From an uncultured Thermoplasmata archaeon (lineage in GTDB: Archaea; Thermoplasmatota; Thermoplasmata; Lutacidiplasmatales; UBA184), in contig CAVOMG010000001.1 of NCBI GenBank assembly GCA_963696985.1, positions 692,737-756,736 on the forward strand: a DNA stretch of 64,000 nt. Direction: 5' to 3'. Numbering within the stretch: the first letter of the stretch is position 1; every line of letters starts with the position of its first letter. The notes beneath the pieces were generated by a model. It saw nothing but the letters and a program-made list of their open reading frames with translations. It made no database searches and had not been told where the DNA came from. Made by a program: the position numbers and the translations under genes. Positions 57,437-64,000 of the stretch are shown piece by piece.

Positions 57437-58416
57437 ATGTCCCTCGACGACCGACTTTACGACGCGATTCGACGAGATGAGACGGGGTTTCTGCTCCAAG
57501 TCGCCGATCAGGCCCTCCTCTCGTTATCCAAGCCTCCCGGGTGGACTCGTCGCACGACCGCTGGCCGCCCTCGGAAGCGGGGTCGGGGTCGCCCCGAGAC
57601 GTATGGCTGGGCGCCGATGGCCAAGGTCCTGCTCTTCCAGAACGCCCTGGACCTCGACTATCGTCGCATGGAGGGTTACCTTCGCTCCGCCCCTGAGCTG
57701 TGTAGGCGAATGGGGTTGCGTCGACCACCTTCGCGCAACACGATCTGGCGAGCGTTGCGCCGATTCCCGGAACCCTGGCTCCACCAGTTCAACGACGCGG
57801 TGCTGGCCGCCTTCAAAAAAAAGCGGGCCGACCTCGCCGCCGAACTCTCGGCGCGGACTCGACGGGGTTAGGCGAACACCGTCGGAGCGAGTGGCGAGCG
57901 TTCCGGGGCATGCGCCCCTGCCGACGACGACACTTCCGCAAGGCCCACATTGTCTGTGAGTGCCGATCGGTAGAGAAACCGATCCTGGCGTGGAAGCTCA
58001 CGGCCTCTTGGCACGCAGACTCCCCCGAGTTCATCCCCCTCCTCGGCCAGATCCGTGGGCCGCTGGGAGACGTGTTGGGCGACTCGGCGTACGCAAGTAG
58101 AGCCAACGCCCAGTATGTGGCGGACCGCGGTGGGGTGCCGTACCTCAAGCCGAAGTCCAACGCAACTCCTCGGCCGAGCCGTCATCCGGCATGGAAGCAC
58201 ATGGTCCGCCTTTTCCAGCATCGACCGGCGCGGTTCCATGCCCGGTACCGGTACCGAGTCAATGTCGAGGGGAAGTTCTCGTCGACCAAACGGTGTCAAG
58301 GACCGTTCCTGAGAGCTCGACACATCTGGACCCAGCGACGGGAGTACGGTTGGCGAGTGGTCGCCCACAACGCCGAGCTGTGTGCGCGCTCGCGACTGCG
58401 AGTGACGCTGAGCTGA
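57437..58416 (+). mobile_element. IS5-like (DDE_Tnp_1 / DUF772-type) insertion sequence; terminal inverted repeats not identified
   Basis: Two consecutive transposase ORFs joined at an A8 run (57815-57822). Local GC is lower than in flanking genes. The element sits in the promoter region of gene 56835-57365. Confidence 0.7.
57437..58416 (+). CDS. IS5-family DDE transposase, OrfA-OrfB joined by a -1 shift at caaaaaaaag
   Basis: OrfA: GRPRKRGRGRPETYGW..MAKVLLFQNALDLDYRRMEGYL...PPSRNTIWRAL. The -1 frame is open from the A-run: ...KKAGRPRRRTLGADSTG (first D) ... LGDSAYASRANAQYVADRGGVPYLKPK (second D) ... VEGKFSSTKR (E region). Confidence 0.75.
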
Positions 58417-58472
58417 CCGAACGTCCTGCCTCCATCCCAACGGCCATCTGAACGACTCGCCTGGGGTCGGGC

Positions 58473-58787
58473 ATGCCCCGACGGGACGATCCCAAGCTCG
58501 AGAAGTTGATCGAACAGGTCTCGGTGGACTGCGACAGCGAGGCCGACGTGGCCATGGGACTCTGCTACGCGATGCAGGAGCACCTGAAGTTCCCCTTCTC
58601 CGGCACCGTGGTGGGCGAGGAAGTTGTCGTGAATGGGGTCGAGGAAGGAGAGGGGACGGAGATTGTCGGCCTCTGCCAGCGCAAAGGGCGGACCTACCGA
58701 GTTCGATTGGACGACATCACGGTCCGCCGTCGGCCGAAGGGTGCCGAGTGGATCGATGCATACTACCAATTCCGAGGGAAGCGCTGA
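58473..58787 (+). CDS. conserved hypothetical small protein (104 aa)
   Basis: The pattern ...CDSEADVAMGLCYAMQEHLKFPFSGTVVGEEVVV...GLCQRKGRTYRVRLDDI...GAEWIDAYYQF resembles a small family I recall seeing near transposases. No function known. Confidence 0.5.
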   Translation: MPRRDDPKLEKLIEQVSVDCDSEADVAMGLCYAMQEHLKFPFSGTVVGEEVVVNGVEEGEGTEIVGLCQRKGRTYRVRLDDITVRRRPKGAEWIDAYYQFRGKR

Positions 58788-58894
58788 GGGGGTCCGGCCG
58801 GTCAATTATGGGACGGAGCCGCTTGGATTCGAGCCGGGCCGTCGAATCCTCGAATCGGTAGCTTGATAACGGATGTCCGCTCCGGGCGATTCCG

Positions 58895-59326
58895 ATGCCC
58901 CCCGAGGAGCCGGAACCGTGGAGCCGAAGGCTCCGGCACTTGGCCCGGGTGTACCGCGCGTTCCTGGCGATCGTGGTCCTGGCGGTCGGGATCCTGTTGA
59001 CGGTGCTCGCCGTGGGGGATTACACCCCGCTCGCCCACTCACCGCCTTTCGATTCGATCAACTCGGTGACGGACCTCTCGGGCTCGAACGGGCCCAACTA
59101 CAACCTCGTGTTCGTCATCGTCGGCCCGATCCTGGTCATCATCGGCGGCTACCTGGTGGGGGCGTACTACGACGCGCGGCGAAGGTTCGAGCACCTCATG
59201 CTCTCCAAGAGCAAGGCCGAGTTCCTCCGGAACCTGCCCGAGGTCGAGGACCTCCTCTGGGACCTGACGCCCACGGACGAGCAGCGCTACGAGCAGAAGA
59301 AGTCCGAGCTCAGGATCCGCCGCTGA
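58895..59326 (+). CDS. hypothetical membrane protein (2 TM, C-terminal cytoplasmic helix)
   Basis: FLAIVVLAVGILLTVLAV and LVFVIVGPILVIIGGYLVGA, then a charged tail. Confidence 0.55.
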   Translation: MPPEEPEPWSRRLRHLARVYRAFLAIVVLAVGILLTVLAVGDYTPLAHSPPFDSINSVTDLSGSNGPNYNLVFVIVGPILVIIGGYLVGAYYDARRRFEHLMLSKSKAEFLRNLPEVEDLLWDLTPTDEQRYEQKKSELRIRR

Positions 59327-59380
59327 TCCGGCTACGTCGCCGGACCCCATCGTAATTAAGCGAGGGCGGGTCGGGCCCCC

Positions 59381-60292
59381 ATGTCCGCCTCCGCACCGCG
59401 AACGGGCGCCGCGGAGTTCGTCCTCCGGCGGCTCACGAAGCCCGAGGAGTTCCGATCGGCCGAGGAGGTCGCGGAGATGGTGGGGGTTCCGGTGGGGGAG
59501 GAGCCAATCCCCACCCCGGTGCTCCGAACGATCCAGGATAACGGCGGCCTCGTGCTCGGGGCGTTCGCGGACATCCATCTCGCCGGCTTCTCCGCCGCCT
59601 ACCTCGGCTGGGACGGGACGACGCTCTACCTCTACTCGCAGCTGACCGCGGTCCGCCCGGAGTACCAGAACCACCACGTCGGGCGACGGCTCAAACTGCG
59701 CCAGCGGGAGGAGGCGATCGCCCTTGGCCTTGGGGAGATCCGCTGGGCGTTCGACCCGCTCCTGAGCCACCAGGCATTCCTCTTCGTCCGCCGCCTGGGG
59801 GCGGTCCCGGACCGCTACTTCGTACATTACTACGGTCGCGGCCGGTCGACCGAGGAGGCGGCGGTCCCCTCCGACCGCCTTCGGGTGACCTGGAAGCTTG
59901 GCGATCCCCAGGTCGAGGCGCGGATCGCCGGATCCGCTCCTTCCCGCGAGGAGGATCTCGCCGCGTGGCGGGCCTCGAAACCCATCTTGGAGACCCAGGT
60001 CGGCGAACATGGGCTGCGCGCCCCCGTCTCGGTCGAGGAGCCCTCGGCACCGAAAGTCTCGATCGAGGTGCCGTTCGACCTCGCTCTCCTGCGGGAACAC
60101 GAACCGGATTCGCTCCGCCCATGGCGGTTCGCCGTCCGCGATGCGTTCCGAAGCGCGTTTGACCTCGGGTACTCGGTCGAGGGGTTCTCCGTGGTGAGCG
60201 AGGAGCACGAACGCCGGGCGGTCTACTTGCTCGCGCCTCGACTGCCGACGGCGCCTCCCTCGGGCGACCCGCCCCCGAAGGTTCCAAAGTGA
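59381..60292 (+). CDS. GNAT-fold acyltransferase-like protein with uncharacterised C-terminal domain
   Basis: LTAVRPEYQNHHVGRRLKLRQREEAIALGLGEIRWAFDPL resembles the acetyl-CoA-binding Q/R-x-x-G-x-G/A segment. The rest is unassigned. Confidence 0.5.
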   Translation: MSASAPRTGAAEFVLRRLTKPEEFRSAEEVAEMVGVPVGEEPIPTPVLRTIQDNGGLVLGAFADIHLAGFSAAYLGWDGTTLYLYSQLTAVRPEYQNHHVGRRLKLRQREEAIALGLGEIRWAFDPLLSHQAFLFVRRLGAVPDRYFVHYYGRGRSTEEAAVPSDRLRVTWKLGDPQVEARIAGSAPSREEDLAAWRASKPILETQVGEHGLRAPVSVEEPSAPKVSIEVPFDLALLREHEPDSLRPWRFAVRDAFRSAFDLGYSVEGFSVVSEEHERRAVYLLAPRLPTAPPSGDPPPKVPK

Positions 60293-60325
60293 AAGGCAGA
60301 TTATCGCCGACGCGCTCGGTAGGCG

Positions 60326-61255
60326 ATGGCGACGGGGGGAAGGGCGAACCCGATGGCCGGGTCCCGTGTCATCTTTCTCTTGCCGGTCCTGGCGGTCGGC
60401 ATCGGGATCGTGGCGGTCCTTCTCTCGGGGGGCGTAAGCCCTACGCCTCCCCCCACCCCATCCTCCGGTGCTGGAGGGGGGCTCCTTAACGCGGTGACTA
60501 CCGAGGAAGCCGGCCTGATCACGATCGGACTCTTCGGCGGGGTCCTCGTCTACTGGACCGTTCAGCGCTTCCGCCGAGGCGTGCAGACGTTGCCCGCGCA
60601 GTTCCTGATCGGGGCCTTCGCGATCTTCTGCGTCGCGCTCGTGTTCCTCGCGTTGGTCCATCTGTTCGTCCATGCGGGCCCTCCCACCGGGCAAACTCTC
60701 GGCACCGGAAACCCGACGAACTCGACCGGGACCCACACGCCCGCGCTCGAGAACAATTCGACCGGGAACCTGACCGGGCCGTTCATCTCGCTCCCTCCGG
60801 GGTGGCCCTGGTGGACGCCGTACGCCGCGTTGGGGGCCGTCGGGCTCATCGTCGGGGGTCTCGCCGTACCCTACGCCTGGTCCCGGAGCCGGTCCATGCT
60901 CTCGGTCGCGGCGCTTCCACCGCCCTCCACCGCCCAGACGGCGGTGGGCGCGGCCCTCGATTCGCTCGACGGTTCGGCGGATCCCCGGACCGCGATCATC
61001 GCGATGTACGCGCGGTTGCTCGCCTCCGTGGGTGGCCGCGCCGGCCCCACCGACGCGAAGACGGCCCGCGAGCTCGCCCGCATCCTAGTCGATGGGCTCG
61101 GGGTGAGCCCGGGGGTGGCCGGGGAGCTCACCGCCCGCTTCGAGGAGGCGCGTTACTCGAAGCAGGCGCTCCGGGAGGATGCGGTCCCCCGGGCCCGGAC
61201 GGCCCTGCGCCAGGCGCTCGACGAACTCTCGCGGCCGGTCCCCCGCCGACCATGA
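60326..61255 (+). CDS. DUF4129-domain membrane protein
   Basis: Several TM helices, then a C-terminal ...AKTARELARILVDGLGVSPGVAGELTARFEEARYSKQAL... (DUF4129-like F-E-x-A-R-Y signature). Confidence 0.65.
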   Translation: MATGGRANPMAGSRVIFLLPVLAVGIGIVAVLLSGGVSPTPPPTPSSGAGGGLLNAVTTEEAGLITIGLFGGVLVYWTVQRFRRGVQTLPAQFLIGAFAIFCVALVFLALVHLFVHAGPPTGQTLGTGNPTNSTGTHTPALENNSTGNLTGPFISLPPGWPWWTPYAALGAVGLIVGGLAVPYAWSRSRSMLSVAALPPPSTAQTAVGAALDSLDGSADPRTAIIAMYARLLASVGGRAGPTDAKTARELARILVDGLGVSPGVAGELTARFEEARYSKQALREDAVPRARTALRQALDELSRPVPRRP

Positions 61256-61659
61256 GGCACGCGGTCGCCTCGGTCGCGGGGATCGCGGTCGCCGCGCTCG
61301 GGATCCTCGTCTCCGTCGCGAGCCGCGACGTCCCGGTCGAGCTCGCAGCGGGAGCGGTCGCGGTCGTCGCGGCTGGACTGGTCGGGGCTCTCGGGATCGT
61401 CCCGAGCCTGGAGGCGCCCCGGCCCCCACCTCATGGCATCGAGCTCGACCCGATCTCCGGGATGCGGGGAGCGTTCGCGCGCCAGTCGCTCGCCCGGGAA
61501 CAGGTCGTCTATTCAGTGCAGACCCTCGAGCTCGACTCGGGGCGGTCCTCGGGGGAGAGCCTGACCCCGGACCGGCTTCGGACGCTCCTCGGCCTCTCCC
61601 CGATCGAATTTCGCGCTTGGCTCGAATCCCGTTTGGACGCCCTCGAGCGGGAGACCTAG
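61252..61659 (+). CDS. hypothetical membrane protein (2 TM + soluble C-terminus)
   Basis: ATG 61252 overlaps the upstream stop (ATGA). AGIAVAALGILVSVA and AVAVVAAGLVGALGIV helices. Confidence 0.55.
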   Translation: MRHAVASVAGIAVAALGILVSVASRDVPVELAAGAVAVVAAGLVGALGIVPSLEAPRPPPHGIELDPISGMRGAFARQSLAREQVVYSVQTLELDSGRSSGESLTPDRLRTLLGLSPIEFRAWLESRLDALERET

Positions 61660-62964
61660 ATGGAAGCCCCGTCCGCCCCGGTCCGGTTGAGGGGGGCCAT
61701 TCGCGTCCGCCCGATCGCCCTTGGGCTTCTCACCTTGGGGGTCCTCCTTTGCGGGGTCGCGGTCGCGCTCCGGGATCCGGTCCTCCTGTTCCTCGCCGTC
61801 CCGATCCTCTCAGCGCCCCTCGCCGCGATCGCCACCATGCCCCGCGGCCCCGAGGAGCTCCGGCTCTCCTGGCGATCGATCGGCTCCGGGGCGGAGGTCC
61901 CGATCGAGGGGGAGCTCTCCGGCGCCGATCTCGATTCGGCCCGTTCGATCGCCCTCGAGTTCCGACGCCCCGAACCCCTCGTGGAGACGCGAGCCCCGGT
62001 GGTCGAAAGGGGAGTTGGCCCCATCCGTTTCCGCCTTTCGTGGCAGGCCCCGCACCCCCTCCTAGCGACCGTCCCGGTCCCGGTCGCCACGCTCGTCGAC
62101 CCGCTCCGGCTCGTCGAACGGGGGCTTACGATCTCGGGAGAGCCGCTCGCGCTCGAGCGGTTCCCCCCAGAGACCGACCGGGTCGGCTCGGTTCGTCTCC
62201 GCCGCACGACGCCGCTCCCGGGGGAGGTCGCCTCGCGCGCTCGGGGCTCGAGCGGGGAGTTCTTCGGCGTCCGCTACGCGGCGCCCGGGGACTCCCCCCG
62301 GCAATTCAACTGGAGGGCGACCGCTCGGCTCGGCCGGCAGTGCGTGAACGAGTTCCTCCTGGATCGGACCGGGGACCTCCTGATCGTGCTCGACGCCCGT
62401 CCGACCGCGCTCGGGGCCGCCTACGACGAATCGCTGCTCGCGATCGGGCGGGCCGCCGCCCACGGGGTCGCCCTCGGCTTCCTCAAAGAGAAGAACCGGG
62501 TCGGGGTAGCGGTCTTCGGCGAGTACCTCGAAGGCCTCCCGATCGGGTCCGGGCGCACGCACCGCTTTCGGATCGACCGGCTGCTCGCGAACACGCATGT
62601 CGCTTCAGAGGCCGGGCCTCCCGAGCGGCTCGCGGTCGCCGTCCGACGCGCCTACCCGCCCGGGGTCTCCACGCTGGTCATCAGCCCACTGGCGGATGCG
62701 GATTCGTTCGAGATCCTCCCCCACCTGCGACGGCGGGGCTTCCCGACGTTCGTCCTCAGCCCCTCGCCCCTCCCGATGATGGCGAAGTGGTTCGATCCCG
62801 GGCCGGAGGGACACGCCCTGACCCGGCTCGTCCGCCTGATGCGCCGGGCCCGGGTGGGGCGCGTCTGGGAGGACGCGCCCATCCTCGATTGGGAGGAGTA
62901 CTGGTCGCTCTCCGGGCTTCCCGGACTTCTCCGCGTTCCGGGCCACCCTCGAGGTTCGAGATGA
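61660..62964 (+). CDS. DUF58-family protein (vWA-like, MoxR-associated)
   Basis: N-terminal TM pair, then the hallmark GEFFGVRYAAPGDSPRQFNWRATARLGRQCVNEF and LLIVLDARP. Confidence 0.85.
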   Translation: MEAPSAPVRLRGAIRVRPIALGLLTLGVLLCGVAVALRDPVLLFLAVPILSAPLAAIATMPRGPEELRLSWRSIGSGAEVPIEGELSGADLDSARSIALEFRRPEPLVETRAPVVERGVGPIRFRLSWQAPHPLLATVPVPVATLVDPLRLVERGLTISGEPLALERFPPETDRVGSVRLRRTTPLPGEVASRARGSSGEFFGVRYAAPGDSPRQFNWRATARLGRQCVNEFLLDRTGDLLIVLDARPTALGAAYDESLLAIGRAAAHGVALGFLKEKNRVGVAVFGEYLEGLPIGSGRTHRFRIDRLLANTHVASEAGPPERLAVAVRRAYPPGVSTLVISPLADADSFEILPHLRRRGFPTFVLSPSPLPMMAKWFDPGPEGHALTRLVRLMRRARVGRVWEDAPILDWEEYWSLSGLPGLLRVPGHPRGSR

Positions 62965-63482
62965 GGATCTCCGACCGTCTGGGGAATCTCGCTCGCGGGA
63001 TCGGCCCTCTGCTCCCGTTCGCCCTCGCGGTGCTGGTGCTCGCCGAGCTCGGGCGCTCCGGGGCGCTCGAGGAGATCGGGGGAGCGCTCGGGGCCATCGT
63101 CCTCGCGGAGCTCCTGCGTCGATCGAGGTTCGGCGCCCTCGGAGCCCTCTGGGTCGTGCCGGCCGTGCTCTCGGTCGCGGTCGTCGCCGTGCTGGCCGTC
63201 CCGACGATCCTCTCCGAGCTCCTCGCTGGGATGGCGGGGCTCGCGCTGTTGTACTGGATCTCGGGGGCACCGACCGGAAGGTCGGAACCATCGAGGCCAT
63301 CCTCCGGCCTCCTCCTGCCCGCCCTCGCGGTCGCCCTCGCCCTCCTGGCCACCCTCTTCCTGCCGAGGGGGCCCGCGGAGTTCGGAGCGGCGAGCCTCCT
63401 CCTCGCGGCGATGCTCCTCGCCATCGGTTGGGCGATCTGGAGCGATGCCGGTCGTCCCGGGGACCGGTCGGCACGCTCATGA
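62961..63482 (+). CDS. hypothetical polytopic membrane protein
   Basis: ATG 62961 overlaps the DUF58 stop (ATGA). Four or five hydrophobic helices. It is the sensible C-terminal part of the otherwise junk ORF 61179..63482. Confidence 0.55.
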   Translation: MRISDRLGNLARGIGPLLPFALAVLVLAELGRSGALEEIGGALGAIVLAELLRRSRFGALGALWVVPAVLSVAVVAVLAVPTILSELLAGMAGLALLYWISGAPTGRSEPSRPSSGLLLPALAVALALLATLFLPRGPAEFGAASLLLAAMLLAIGWAIWSDAGRPGDRSARS

Positions 63483-63825
63483 GCGAGGGGCGGTTCCCCC
63501 CGGACGGGACGCCACAGGCGTCGCCCGGTCACCGACGAAGGGTCCCTCTTGACCACCACGGACGGGTCGTCCGAGGGATGACGTGAGGACAACCCCGGTG
63601 CCCGATAGCCCCGGCCGGGGTCAGGACGCCGAGAGGGCCGGTCGGCCTACCGTGACGCGAAGCCGTTACGGCCGGGGGATATCGAAAGCCCCGTGGGGGG
63701 GACGGGCCGTCCGTCGGGGCCGCCGCCCGATCTCGGGAGCACCGACGGTCCGATCGGGGCGGGGGGATCGATTCCCCGCCGGTTCCCTCGCAAGAGTTAT
63801 TCGAGCGGGGGGGTGAGAACGCCAA

Positions 63826-64000
63826 GTGCGCGCGGACGAGGCGAGGGCCCGGCTCGGCGAGGTCCGAGCGGCCGTGCACACCGCGGTGGTCGGACGGGAC
63901 GAGGTCCTCGATCAGCTCCTCACGGGGCTCGTCGCGGATGGACACATCCTGCTCGAGGACCTCCCGGGCCTCGGGAAGACCTTGATCGCCCGATCGTTCG
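63826..64000 (+). CDS. MoxR-family AAA+ ATPase (5' end, partial at window edge)
   Basis: GTG 63826: VRADEARARLGEVRAAVHTAVVGRDEVLDQLLTGLVADGHILLEDLPGLGKTLIARSF (Walker A GLGKT). Confidence 0.85.
   Translation, partial: MRADEARARLGEVRAAVHTAVVGRDEVLDQLLTGLVADGHILLEDLPGLGKTLIARSF

Noticed and set aside
57366-58480. Terminal inverted repeats and target-site duplication of the IS5-like element.
   Set aside because: I compared both flanks by eye and found only weak matches (for example gtcagga versus ggcagga), not enough to define the element ends.
61179-63482. A 767-aa ORF spanning the DUF58 region.
   Set aside because: Only its last ~173 codons (from ATG 62961) look like a real membrane protein. 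The rest is Arg/Pro junk overlapping well-supported genes in other frames.
63483-63825. A 343-nt GC-rich gap before moxR, considered as a structured RNA (RNase P or SRP) or a missed gene.
   Set aside because: No conserved RNase P (GAGGAAAGUCC, ACAGNRA) or SRP helix-8 motifs were seen. The ORFs on both strands are junk. It is left as an unexplained spacer.

Overview
High-GC (roughly 65-70%) archaeal chromosomal segment. Archaeal markers: RNA polymerase subunit K, an intron-containing tRNA-Tyr with a C1-G72 pair, class III (prepilin-type) signal peptides, TATA-like boxes about 27 nt upstream of start codons, and a stand-alone 5S rRNA gene. A Thermoplasmatota-like euryarchaeon is my guess only. 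About 65 genes can be supported. The main feature is a ~13 kb divergent type IV filament locus (3493-16410). It has two paralogous FlaI/TadA-type ATPases, two single-domain TadB/C-like platform genes, six pilin-like genes (one fused to a seven-bladed YVTN beta-propeller), and a co-directional orphan DNA methyltransferase. The rest is mostly housekeeping: adk, pyrH, rpiA, nfo, transaldolase, MTA phosphorylase, TrmI, an M1 aminopeptidase and a mevalonate-pathway decarboxylase homologue. Transporters include a Znu-like ABC system behind a DtxR-like regulator, a PadR-MFS-ABC efflux group, an RCK K+ channel and a CPA antiporter. Also present are a ~1150-aa beta-helix surface protein and a DUF4129/DUF58/MoxR cluster. 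RNA genes are tRNA-Gly(CCC), tRNA-Gly(GCC), tRNA-Tyr(GUA) and 5S rRNA. Mobile DNA consists of an N-terminally truncated TnpB remnant next to the tRNA-Tyr promoter and an IS5-like element whose transposase is split at an A8 run. At least 11 otherwise normal genes have single-nucleotide frame breaks, about half at short G/C runs. This points to assembly indels rather than decay, so those genes are reported as single frameshifted CDSs. No CRISPR array was seen. All family calls come from motif recognition by eye, not searches.
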